Assembly (NCBI GenBank): GCA_949282205.1
Contig: CASDOS010000023.1
Coordinates: 2,023 to 66,022 of the forward strand
Origin: an uncultured Alphaproteobacteria bacterium
GTDB lineage: Bacteria > Pseudomonadota > Alphaproteobacteria > RF32 > CAG-239
DNA: 64,000 nucleotides
Direction of reading: 5' to 3'
Shown here: positions 25,533 to 35,102 of the stretch, one piece after another
Numbering within the stretch: position 1 is the stretch's first letter
Layout of the letters: each line of letters starts with the position of its first letter
The notes under the pieces: generated by a model
The model's input: the letters and a program-made list of their open reading frames with translations, nothing else
Database searches by the model: none
Told to the model about the DNA's origin: nothing
Translations under genes and position numbers: made by a program

Positions 25533-28490
25533 TTACCAACCGCCAAGCGCTTTATCGAAATCGACATTTTTCAAGTTCTGCGGCAAGACCAGCCCATAAG
25601 GATGCCTTTGAGTAAACAGCACGGAGAGCGGCGGATAAAAATGTTGATAACGTTTCAACCAATATAATGCCTCATGTGGATATTTCGACACATCGACAGC
25701 AAAAACCTTCACCCCATCTCTTTTCAATTTATCCACCACCTCGAGATTAAACAAAGAGCGCGGAGAGTAAGGAGCGCCGAGAGTAACCAAAACCGGCTGC
25801 GACAAAGGACGATTATTCACATACTGAATTGAATCCGCCTCGGTATAGTTTAAAGGCTTTGGATATATCGGCGACAAAGCGAATAAAATTCCCCCCGCAA
25901 GCAAAATAAAGCAAGTCAACAAGAAGAGCCAATGTTGTTGCACTTTAAAGAAGATTTGCGCTTGCACCAAAGCAGAGCGAGAATGTTTAATAGCCTCGCC
26001 GACGGCACGAGGGAACCAATACCACAAAGCGGCTATCAAAACCAAGAAGGTCGCCATAACCACCAGAGCGGCAAACGAATAAACCGCCCCGCAAATCCAC
26101 AACAACCAACCGAGCAGCAACGCGGTATAAAACAGATTCACCCTCTGACACAATAAAAGGAAATAAGGTGTACGCGGCACCCACAACAGAGCCATAAGCG
26201 GCAAGAGCATCATACCAACCCAAATCAATCCCCCCGCTCCCAAGCGATAGGAAAAAGAGAGCATATCGGCGTTTCTGCCCAAGAGATCAAGGACTTCGGA
26301 TTTATAGGGCATCGGCACGAACACAAACAGCACCGCCACGAACAGAGCGGAACAAACGCCGTATTTCAAGAATCGCCGCAACGGTCGAAACAGAGCAAAA
26401 TCGACATAACCGAGATTTTCCATAATCAAAGCAACGCAAAGCGCTCCAACCGCCGTTAAGATAGGGGCGGACAAATAGACCTGTGGCAAGAGGAGATATT
26501 CTGCGCCCCAAATCAATCCCCCCGTTCCGAGAGCCGTCATAAACGCAAAACGCGCCAAAATCCACCAGCGTTCATTTTTCGTCCACAACAACGCCATCAA
26601 ATTAAAATAGACGGCAAAAATCGCCGGCATCAAACTGATGAGCACTCCAAACACGAAGAACATCCAAACATCGAAACGTTTTTGGCTCTCGACGGTACTG
26701 AAAGCATCCACCGAGCGAGGTTGCATTACCGCCCGCAAAAATTCTTGATTATCAAATGATGCGCTGACAGCAACTTCGGGTAAAGGAGCACGTCCGTCAA
26801 CTGCCACCGAAGGTGTAGATGAAGATGAAGATGAAGGTGTAGATGTAGATGAAGACGCAACCACCCCGCCTTTGACCGTCGAAGGTATAGAGGTTGGTGA
26901 AGAAGATATATCCCGCCGAGCAAACGAGTTATTGGATGATTTCAAATCAAACACAGCCTTTCCGCGCCATTTACCGCCGCTATGAAACATTTCATAACGC
27001 GGATTAATAAAGTTAGAGCCATAAGCATCCTCAACCATCACCGCCATATTACTGACATCAATAGTCCCCTCAAAAAGGACGGTAAGCTGTTTTTTATCAG
27101 CACTATAAAGCGCGTCAGTAACTTTAACATGTTTACTTTTCGCCGAGGGAAGTTTCATAAATCCCTGAGTGATATAATTAACAAAGATAGACGATTCGGC
27201 GGGTGTTCCCTGTCGCAAGGTTAATTCGTGATAAGAAACAATGGGTTTACAATCGCCGTTAGCGGCGCAAAGCACAAAACGCAACGCTCCGGAAACACGC
27301 ATGGATTTAGAGGTATCCGCACGTTCAAATTCAATCGGTATGCGCACGCGCCCGCTCAACACGCGGTGTACTTGTTGATTTTTATCTTGGATACCGTCGG
27401 CCAAAGGCTGATAAATTTGATATGCGCCGACGTTCTGACTGGGACGATAAACTTCGCCTTTATCGGTTTCGAATTTAGTTTCGGAGAGTAAGAATCCAAG
27501 TTTATTTTTTGGGTTAAGCACATCACCGTTAATATAAAATCCCTTAGGAAGCAATATATCAAAGACGGCGTGAATTTTCTTTTGATCACCCAAAAGCGAG
27601 CTATCGGCGAGCAATCTGATTTCACCTTTATCGTCAAAAGTCTGAAAAACTTCGCCGGCGCCGTCGGTAGAAGCGGGAATTTTCTGCCACGCCTTAGCAA
27701 AAGCACCCACATCAAATTTCAAGAGAGCCAATAAGATTTCGGCATAAGTAACCTCATCGGTGGTAACATAATTTTTATCCATACGCCGCACGGGTTCGCC
27801 ATATTGTCCCGCATCATATTCAAGAAATTTATAGGGTTTATAACGAATCAAATATTCCCCCTCTGCGGATTGTTTGGTAAGATCGACTTCCGAAGGAGCG
27901 TATTCACCGTCTTGAGCGACAATCGGCGCGTCTTTCGGAAGCATTTTAGCGGCTTTAATTTCGTGTTCCAAGCGTTTGACGACATAATCATATTTCCGTT
28001 TCCACCGCACAAAGAAGCGAATGGTATCGGCAAATTTCCGCACGGTACTTTCTTGGGCATTCGGATAAAAAAGCAGAATAAGTCCGGACAAATCCCCGTT
28101 AATTTTATCTCCCTGATAAACTTTATCAGCCACAAAGGGCAAGAAGAACAATTTAGCGATTTCATTATGAATATGTTGCGCCGTTGTTTCGGGTTTTATT
28201 TGCGCCTGTGCTGTATCAGCTTGCGTCAGGGCTGTATCTGTTTGCGGCAGAGGCGTATCTGTTTGCGTCAGAGGCGTATCTGTTTGCGTCAGAGGCGTAT
28301 CAACGATTTTATCAACAACCTCGTCATGAGCATTGCGAGTAAGATTGTTTGCTTTGCGTTCAAATACCTCGCTGTCAGAGATTTCGCCAACAACCTTATC
28401 AGCCCCCGTTACGATTTGCGCCCGCGATGCAGAAACAAAGAGGTTGAAAAGCAACAAAGCGCATCCTATATAACAAATAAAACTCTTCAT
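25533..28490 (-). CDS. DsbD/ScsB-like membrane protein with degenerate redox motifs
   Basis: It has a signal peptide and DTPLTQT repeats. The DsbD-alpha-like domain retains the C-x5-C pair (LCAANGDC). After an S/T-rich linker comes a polytopic domain with LISLMPAIF where DsbD-family proteins have LMPCV. The C-terminal thioredoxin-like domain has YSPRS in place of WCxxC. Confidence 0.6.
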   Translation of the reverse strand: MKSFICYIGCALLLFNLFVSASRAQIVTGADKVVGEISDSEVFERKANNLTRNAHDEVVDKIVDTPLTQTDTPLTQTDTPLPQTDTALTQADTAQAQIKPETTAQHIHNEIAKLFFLPFVADKVYQGDKINGDLSGLILLFYPNAQESTVRKFADTIRFFVRWKRKYDYVVKRLEHEIKAAKMLPKDAPIVAQDGEYAPSEVDLTKQSAEGEYLIRYKPYKFLEYDAGQYGEPVRRMDKNYVTTDEVTYAEILLALLKFDVGAFAKAWQKIPASTDGAGEVFQTFDDKGEIRLLADSSLLGDQKKIHAVFDILLPKGFYINGDVLNPKNKLGFLLSETKFETDKGEVYRPSQNVGAYQIYQPLADGIQDKNQQVHRVLSGRVRIPIEFERADTSKSMRVSGALRFVLCAANGDCKPIVSYHELTLRQGTPAESSIFVNYITQGFMKLPSAKSKHVKVTDALYSADKKQLTVLFEGTIDVSNMAVMVEDAYGSNFINPRYEMFHSGGKWRGKAVFDLKSSNNSFARRDISSSPTSIPSTVKGGVVASSSTSTPSSSSSSTPSVAVDGRAPLPEVAVSASFDNQEFLRAVMQPRSVDAFSTVESQKRFDVWMFFVFGVLISLMPAIFAVYFNLMALLWTKNERWWILARFAFMTALGTGGLIWGAEYLLLPQVYLSAPILTAVGALCVALIMENLGYVDFALFRPLRRFLKYGVCSALFVAVLFVFVPMPYKSEVLDLLGRNADMLSFSYRLGAGGLIWVGMMLLPLMALLWVPRTPYFLLLCQRVNLFYTALLLGWLLWICGAVYSFAALVVMATFLVLIAALWYWFPRAVGEAIKHSRSALVQAQIFFKVQQHWLFLLTCFILLAGGILFALSPIYPKPLNYTEADSIQYVNNRPLSQPVLVTLGAPYSPRSLFNLEVVDKLKRDGVKVFAVDVSKYPHEALYWLKRYQHFYPPLSVLFTQRHPYGLVLPQNLKNVDFDKALGGW

Positions 28491-28593
28491 AAAATTTTAG
28501 GTTGATTTAAAGATAAAATTAAGATATGCCTAAGATAATAATATCAGGTCAGACAAAAAGCAACAAACTTTTTAAGGAAAGACACATATAAAA

Positions 28594-29277
28594 ATGAGAA
28601 AAAAAACCGATATGTTCGACTACGATGAGCTATTCAGCGAGAAGTTGCCGCAACCGCGCCGTAAAAAGAGCGCTCGAAAGAAAAGACGTTCATATATGCA
28701 AGAGGAAGAAGATACGAACACATTAGTCGGAAAATGCCTTGTATATATCGGTCAAGACGGAAACGACACCTACAATCAAGCAGTGATATACATAACCGAG
28801 TGTTCGCCGGAACGAGTAAAAGGGATTATGATAAACAAGTTATTGTTCGGGAGTGCAGTGGTTGAGTGTCACAGCAAAGAGGACGGAGTGGAAAAAGAAA
28901 CACGAGGCGTGTATGAAGATTTATACCAAGGGGGGCCTGTCAATCCTGCGAACGGTTTTGTATTATTTCCGAGCAAAGGGAGTTTTTACAGTGATCCGCA
29001 CGCGGAGATACACGGCGATATAGCGATATCGAGTTCGTTTGGCGTATTGCAAGACATTTTAGACGGAGAAGGACCGGAAAAGAAGATAATAGCGATGGGT
29101 CACTGTGTATGGAACCGCGGCGAATTGGAATGGGAAATATTCAACAATCGTTGGTTAATTGTGGAAGGCAACAGCAAATTGATTTTCGATACCAAATTTG
29201 AAGACAGGTGGGAGCAAGCCAAATTAGCCAGTGGATTAAACCTCGGCAGTTATATTCCGCATATCGGCTTAGCCTAA
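28594..29277 (+). CDS. YqgE/AlgH-family protein with a basic N-terminal extension
   Basis: The core LVGKCLVYIGQDGNDTYNQAVIYITECSPERVKGIMINK and the segment GHCVWNRGELEWEI resemble the UPF0301/AlgH family. Confidence 0.65.
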   Translation: MRKKTDMFDYDELFSEKLPQPRRKKSARKKRRSYMQEEEDTNTLVGKCLVYIGQDGNDTYNQAVIYITECSPERVKGIMINKLLFGSAVVECHSKEDGVEKETRGVYEDLYQGGPVNPANGFVLFPSKGSFYSDPHAEIHGDIAISSSFGVLQDILDGEGPEKKIIAMGHCVWNRGELEWEIFNNRWLIVEGNSKLIFDTKFEDRWEQAKLASGLNLGSYIPHIGLA

Positions 29278-29851
29278 AAGAACATCACCACCGCCTACAC
29301 CAACTTTGCCAAGTCAATGGCAATACATTGCCAGCAGGCACGGCAAGAAGGAGAAAAGTGGGTTATTTAAGGATATAAGCGCGCTTTTCGAGCAATGATA
29401 TATAGCAGAACAGAGCAAGTTCAAGCATTAGGCAATAAAGATAGCCGCTTTGCGCTCTCCGCACGCGTATAAGCAAAACGACGATATTGTTTTAAGACAT
29501 TCTATGGCGATTCGCCGTATTCATTGGATTGGGAGCAAAGTTTGCCGATGTTACTAAATTGCCCCTTGCGCCGGAAGTTCGAAAAGAAGCAATAACGCAA
29601 CTATCCTCACGTCATGAGGAAGAGCATCGGGATTTTCTGAGCATGGAAGATTTGGCAAGCTCACGGAATTAAAAAACGACTTGGTCGAAAATTGGCGTAA
29701 GCTGTTTGAATAAGAAAATCTACATCAAATCAAAACAATCCCCTACTCCGTATAGCCGTTAAGGTCATAAAAAAGAGCGGAGGATTTTTTTATGCACGAA
29801 AAGAAAAAAGGCTTGCGTTTTAAAGATTAAACTGTTAAAGAGAAATACATT

Positions 29852-29927
<76 letters not shown>

Positions 29928-30039
29928 GAATAAGAAAGAACCGACAAAACGAAGGTCTAGGAGAAACAATAAGAGAAATCCCTTCGCCGCGTCGGTTCTT
30001 TTTTTTAATCGTATGCCGTTAGTTTCAGTCTGAAAAATT

Positions 30040-31089
30040 TTAACTATAATCCCCAAGCGGTTTCCAATACGTTTGATACTCGCCGTTAACCAGATATTTA
30101 AGAATAAAATTATCCAAATCAATCGTTCCTCTCCAATAATACGAAGACGACGTACCGATGGTAAAAGTTTCACCGCCGACAAAAACATCTTGATTCATAG
30201 AAATTTGTTCAGTCCAACCGTCAGCAGGCAACGAAGACAAGCTATATCCGTCATCATCTAAAGTATAGAGTGTCGATATATACCCAGTATCATACGATTG
30301 CACCACTTTAACCCAATACGTTTTAGAAGTTTCGACAGTTCCGCCGACATATCTTGATGCCCCGTCATACAAACACCAGGACGTGCCGTATGTTCCAAAG
30401 TATCTGTTACTACCGACACTTCTGACAATCTGCTTATACGAAGACAACGAATCGGGCGTAGTAACCTTAACAATGCACTCATAACCGGATATGGAAGTTC
30501 CGACATCTGAACTGCCATAAGACACGGCAAAAAACTTTTTATCTGCGGTCAAATACGTTCCCGTCTTAGAAAAAGCAACCAAATGACCGTCAAACGAAGG
30601 ATTCCCGCTAATAGTAAAGTTACACCGATTAGCATTATTAAAAAATCCCATATTTCCCAATTCACCCTGCCATAAGAAGACATAGTCGCTCAAAACATCA
30701 CCATCAATAAAATTAACATCACCTGAAGTATAATTATACATCAACGAAGCCTTCATTGTACCATGAATATTATCCGTAGAAACATTAACAACATCATAGC
30801 TGGAAATAACACCTTTATAAATAGTTCCGTCATACAAATATAAATCACCGTAATTACCGAAATAGCCGACACTTCCATTATATTCACTGCCATTAGGCAA
30901 TATACCTGCATTAATCAGCACAAGCGGATAAGAAAAACTAACCGTAATACCGTTATAAGGCACGAGAGTCACATTTGAAACCGTATCTTCATAAATGACG
31001 GTTGAGAGATAATAATCATAAAATTTCGCAGTTGTAGCCTTAACAAAAAAAGGCTGTCCTTTATAAACTTTTTTAGTAAATGTATTCAT
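30040..31089 (-). CDS. Tyr/Asn/Ser/Thr/Gly-rich protein, unknown function (tail-fibre or lectin-like composition)
   Basis: This is a 349-aa ORF. GGAGG lies 6 nt upstream of the ATG, and the ATGA overlaps the stop of the upstream gene. There is no signal peptide and the coding sequence is AT-rich. Confidence 0.7.
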   Translation of the reverse strand: MNTFTKKVYKGQPFFVKATTAKFYDYYLSTVIYEDTVSNVTLVPYNGITVSFSYPLVLINAGILPNGSEYNGSVGYFGNYGDLYLYDGTIYKGVISSYDVVNVSTDNIHGTMKASLMYNYTSGDVNFIDGDVLSDYVFLWQGELGNMGFFNNANRCNFTISGNPSFDGHLVAFSKTGTYLTADKKFFAVSYGSSDVGTSISGYECIVKVTTPDSLSSYKQIVRSVGSNRYFGTYGTSWCLYDGASRYVGGTVETSKTYWVKVVQSYDTGYISTLYTLDDDGYSLSSLPADGWTEQISMNQDVFVGGETFTIGTSSSYYWRGTIDLDNFILKYLVNGEYQTYWKPLGDYS

Positions 31090-32438
31090 TGCACACCTCC
31101 ACTCAATTCAAAAGTTTCAACATCAGGAGTAAAAGAAATAGAAAAAGTAAGCACTTCAGGTAAGGCGGTACGAATTTCTGCGCGTCCCAATCCATCGGTT
31201 TTCCCTGTACAATAACCGGTAAGCGAATAAGCATTAACCTGCGCATAATTTTCTGCATACCATTCATCATCATCAGGTGTCGTCAATTTCAACACATTAA
31301 ATTTTCCGGAAGAAACAGAGGTTTGAGCTTGAATAGCAATAGTTGTTCTATCATCTGAAACGCTAAAATTATAGCTTCCCTCATAAGGAACAATTAAATT
31401 AGTTTTATCAAAATCCAAGGTTTGCAAAACAAAAGTTGTCCCATCAAATACAAACATATAAAAATCCGCATCATTAGAGATATACAATCTTTTAGTTCTT
31501 TTATCATAACGAACCAGACACGGTTTATCGATAAGATTATGCAAATCGGTCGGCAAATCCTGAGCAATCACCACACCGTCATTGGTAATTTTATAAATAA
31601 TCAAGTTATACCTTTTATTCCAAGAATCATCAATAACACTGGAAGTTGTAATCAAATAATCGCCATTATCGATACCTGTAAAATATTTAATAGTCGGCTG
31701 AGTGATATAAGGTTCCACGCGAGGATATTTCCCCAAAGGTGTCAAAAGGAGCCAATCAGTTTTATTCCAACAGATTTCTGTTTTTCTAAATCGCACCTCA
31801 TTATCAATTTCACTTTTAGTAATAAATAAAAACTCATTATCATTATCGAGCAAAACCGTATAAATATTTTCCTGATATTCAGAAAAATTAAACGAGATAT
31901 GAGGTCTTGAAGTATTTATTCTATCCACCACTTCAAAAACATAATCGGTATCAGTTTTTTTAAACGCCCACTGTTCGGACAATACAATTTCATCCTCATA
32001 AGTTTTAACCGTAAAATTACCATCGACGGTAGCCGAAGCCATAGATTTGACGGCCGTATTATTAATATAAAAGCCATAATAACAATTTTCCGCCTCAATA
32101 AAATTATTATAGGCCACAAGATTATTTAAGACACTAGGCGTAACAGAAACTGTATTTAAGGTCCAAGTTTTATCATCATTATCGTATAAAGCGTAAAAAG
32201 CGGTTGCAGCACGACTAAGTGCCAAAAAATTATTATTCGCATTAAAAAAAAGCGCAAATCCACTAATATAAGAAGAATATCCGCCACTTATCCAACTGGA
32301 TTCCAAATCAGTATTATTATGTTTATTAAGCCATACCTTTTGCTGCGCCAGAATATCGCCGCCGGTATTATTAACGGCATAAACAACATCACCTTTTGCG
32401 TCATTTGAGGTATTAGTAGCATTCGTCAAGCCCTTCAT
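31086..32438 (-). CDS. Asn/Tyr/Thr-rich protein, unknown function
   Basis: This is a long ORF. I prefer the ATG at 32438 (MKGLTNATNT), which has GGGAGA 7 nt upstream, over the GTG at 32465. It is co-oriented with and coupled to 30040..31089. Confidence 0.7.
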   Translation of the reverse strand: MKGLTNATNTSNDAKGDVVYAVNNTGGDILAQQKVWLNKHNNTDLESSWISGGYSSYISGFALFFNANNNFLALSRAATAFYALYDNDDKTWTLNTVSVTPSVLNNLVAYNNFIEAENCYYGFYINNTAVKSMASATVDGNFTVKTYEDEIVLSEQWAFKKTDTDYVFEVVDRINTSRPHISFNFSEYQENIYTVLLDNDNEFLFITKSEIDNEVRFRKTEICWNKTDWLLLTPLGKYPRVEPYITQPTIKYFTGIDNGDYLITTSSVIDDSWNKRYNLIIYKITNDGVVIAQDLPTDLHNLIDKPCLVRYDKRTKRLYISNDADFYMFVFDGTTFVLQTLDFDKTNLIVPYEGSYNFSVSDDRTTIAIQAQTSVSSGKFNVLKLTTPDDDEWYAENYAQVNAYSLTGYCTGKTDGLGRAEIRTALPEVLTFSISFTPDVETFELSGGVQ

Positions 32439-32801
32439 CACAAATCTCCCAACAAAAAAAGACACCCGATCTAAGGTGTCCGATTAATTTCCAAACAAAG
32501 AAACCACCAAAAGTTTCTCCGCGATACAAAAAGAGCCTGTAGGCCACGAAGTCACAGGCAAAACAAAAACGGATTTGCACAAACAAAACCGCCATTATAG
32601 AGAAGAGATAACACACCCCCGACAGGATGTCAATAGATTTGGCAACAGTAAAAAAAATATTTTTTTCGCCCAAATTTATCCCATAACAATTCCGCAAAGA
32701 GAAGATAGAGATAGAGAGAGCGAAAGCAAAACACTTCACAATACACACATAAACAGAAGATAAGAGGCAAAAAAAGCTACCCGAGGCGAAAAGGATATCT
32801 T

Positions 32802-32839
32802 AAACAAAAAAAGATACCCGAAGCATCCCGAGTATCTTT
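32802..32839 (-). terminator. intrinsic terminator downstream of the 22/23-bp repeat array
   Basis: On the minus strand an 8-bp stem aaagatac/gtatcttt with a 14-nt loop is followed by tttttgttt. Confidence 0.6.
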
Positions 32840-33018
32840 CAGCGAACTTCATCTCTCCGCCGGCACACACCAAACAGAGAAAAGATTGCTTTTTCTTCTG
32901 ACTCCGCCCGCCTAAATTCCGCCGACCAACATCAGCAGAAAATTCTCATTTCACCCCACAGCTCAGACAAATAAAAAGCCCGCTGCAGCGCCACAACACC
33001 AAACCAAGAAACCGTCCA

Positions 33019-33463
33019 CACCCAGCAACAATTCTCAACACACCCAGCAACTATTCTCGACACACTCGCAACAATTCTCCGCCACACCCAGCAACAATTC
33101 TCCGCCACACTCGCAACAATTCTCCGCCACACCCAGCAACAATTCTCAACACACCCAGCACCAATTCTCAACACACCCAGCACCAATTCTCAACACACCC
33201 AGCACCAATTCTCAACACACCCAGCACCAATTCTCCGCCACACCCAGCAACAATTCTCCGCCACACCCAGCACCAATTCTCCGCCACACCCAGCACCAAT
33301 TCTCAACACACCCAACAACTATTCTCGACACACTCGCAACAATTCTCCGCCACACCCAGCACCAATTCTCAACACACCCAACAACTATTCTCGACACACT
33401 CGCAACAATTCTCCGCCACACCCAGCACCAATTCTCAACACACCCAGCAACAATTCTCCGCCA
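33019..33463. repeat. tandem array of 20 units of 22-23 bp
   Basis: The units are head-to-tail with no spacers. The variants are cacccagca[a/c]caattctcaaca, cacccagca[a/c]caattctccgcca, caccca[a/g]caactattctcgaca and cactcgcaacaattctccgcca. A 66-bp higher-order block (units 13-15) repeats as units 16-18. Confidence 0.95.
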
Positions 33464-33490
33464 CATCCGCAAACATAATTATCTTTGCTT

Positions 33491-34090
33491 TTACAATTGT
33501 TTCAATCGTAAAATCAAACCATTATACTCCGCCACGAAATCAAATTCCTCCTGAGAAATATCTTTTCCGATAATCGCATCACGTTCACTTTTAAGAATAT
33601 CGACCTGTCCGTGGATAGAATACGGCAATCGCCCCTCATCAACCTCAGCGCTTAAGAAAGCAATAGTTTCGTCCAAGCGAACAATTCTGTCATAAACATC
33701 ATACATTTCAAAGAGTTTCTGTGTTCTGACCAAAAACGCCGACGGGTCCCAATTCATACGATTAAGTTGTTGTTTAAGATAAGGAGGGCATTTCCCGGGA
33801 AACGGTCCGTTCACAAAATCAATCAACTGGGAAGAAGCCTTAGGCATTTTCAAAAGTTCCTGAGCCGTCAAAAGGAGGTGCATAAATTCGGTTTCATCAA
33901 ATGTTTTTGAAATTCTGGTAATAAGGAATCTGGGAGATTGTTCTTGTATAACCTTTCGTTGCATCACCACATTACCGACAACCAAATAAAGAAAAAAGCT
34001 CAAAGCCACCGCATACAGAATCGGTTTAAGCAATTTCCGTTTCACAACTCTAAAAAACTTTTTCCTTCTGGTAATCTTCGTCATCAGCAA
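33491..34090 (-). CDS. N-terminally membrane-anchored protein, unknown function
   Basis: This 199-aa ORF has a basic N-terminus, one TM segment (ILYAVALSFFLYLVVGNVV) and a soluble domain. Confidence 0.55.
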   Translation of the reverse strand: MLMTKITRRKKFFRVVKRKLLKPILYAVALSFFLYLVVGNVVMQRKVIQEQSPRFLITRISKTFDETEFMHLLLTAQELLKMPKASSQLIDFVNGPFPGKCPPYLKQQLNRMNWDPSAFLVRTQKLFEMYDVYDRIVRLDETIAFLSAEVDEGRLPYSIHGQVDILKSERDAIIGKDISQEEFDFVAEYNGLILRLKQL

Positions 34091-34221
34091 AATTCCCTGT
34101 TAGATTCGAAAACATCTTACGGTAAAAAAATAAAATATGCAATAAAAAATAAATACAACCTTCGCGATAGCAATCAAGTGGAACAAAAAGAAAATCAAAC
34201 ATTTACCAACTCCGCCATGCA

Positions 34222-34923
34222 TTAAACAAGTTCACGACGAAAGCCCTGAGCAACCACATAAGTTTCCGGAGATTTTTCACGACTGGCATCGGGTTTATAA
34301 TGAGAAACCTTGGCAAAACATTTCTTCATATCAGCCAGAAGTTCGCCCTCAGCGCCCCCTTGAAAGACCTTAGCGATAAAGATACCGCCTTCGTTCAAGA
34401 CGGTTTTGGCAAATTCGTAGGCACCCTCAACCAGAGCGATAGTGCGTAAGTGGTCGGTTTGTTGATGACCGGTCGTATTAGCGGCCATATCGCTCATCAC
34501 GACATCAGCGCGAGCGCCGTTCAAGAGTTCCAACAATTTCGCATCGGCATCGGGTTCTGTAAAATCCTGACAAACAAAGGTAGCGCCATCAAGCGGTTCG
34601 GTCGGCAAGATATCCAAACCGACAAGTTTACCAGTACCTTTAAGTTTAAGAGCGGCGATTTGCGACCAACCGCCGGGAGCGCAACCGAGGTCGACAATAA
34701 CTTTATTTTTGCCCAAGAATTTATATTTTTCATCCAGCTGAATAAGTTTGAACGCCGCGCGAGAACGATATCCCTGCCGTTTAGCCTCCGCCACATAAGG
34801 GTCATTCAGTTGCCGTTCCAACCAGCGATTGGAAGAAGAGGTATGATACTTTGCCTCTTTAAGTTTAACGGTAAGCATTTTGCGCCCCCGAACTTCCTTA
34901 GCCGATTTCGTTAATTTAGCCAT
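34222..34923 (-). CDS. rlmE: 23S rRNA (uridine-2'-O)-methyltransferase RlmE/FtsJ
   Basis: It carries SSSNRWLERQLNDPYV, the SAM motif VVDLGCAPGGWSQ, and VMSDMA. Confidence 0.92.
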   Translation of the reverse strand: MAKLTKSAKEVRGRKMLTVKLKEAKYHTSSSNRWLERQLNDPYVAEAKRQGYRSRAAFKLIQLDEKYKFLGKNKVIVDLGCAPGGWSQIAALKLKGTGKLVGLDILPTEPLDGATFVCQDFTEPDADAKLLELLNGARADVVMSDMAANTTGHQQTDHLRTIALVEGAYEFAKTVLNEGGIFIAKVFQGGAEGELLADMKKCFAKVSHYKPDASREKSPETYVVAQGFRRELV

Positions 34924-35102
34924 TTATTTGCTCCAAGCCGTTTCAATAAAAAATTACCTTTCTGTATAGCGACAAACACATCTCAGCCATGCCGGATAGG
35001 ATGGCTGAAAGCATTGCCTTGGTTGTTCATGTATAGTGACAAACACATCTCAGCCATACAGGATAAAATAACCTAACGTTTTTAAAAAGTCACGCATTAA
35101 TT

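Noticed and set aside
33019-33463. Possible CRISPR array
   Set aside because: The units are directly abutting with no unique spacers. They are 22-23 bp long and there are no cas genes nearby. This is a plain tandem repeat.
32932-33472. ORFs 32932..33186 and 33212..33472 (84 and 86 aa, Trp/Cys/Val/Arg-rich)
   Set aside because: They lie entirely within or across the 22/23-bp array. The frames stay open only because the unit lacks stop triplets. The composition is implausible and there is no RBS.
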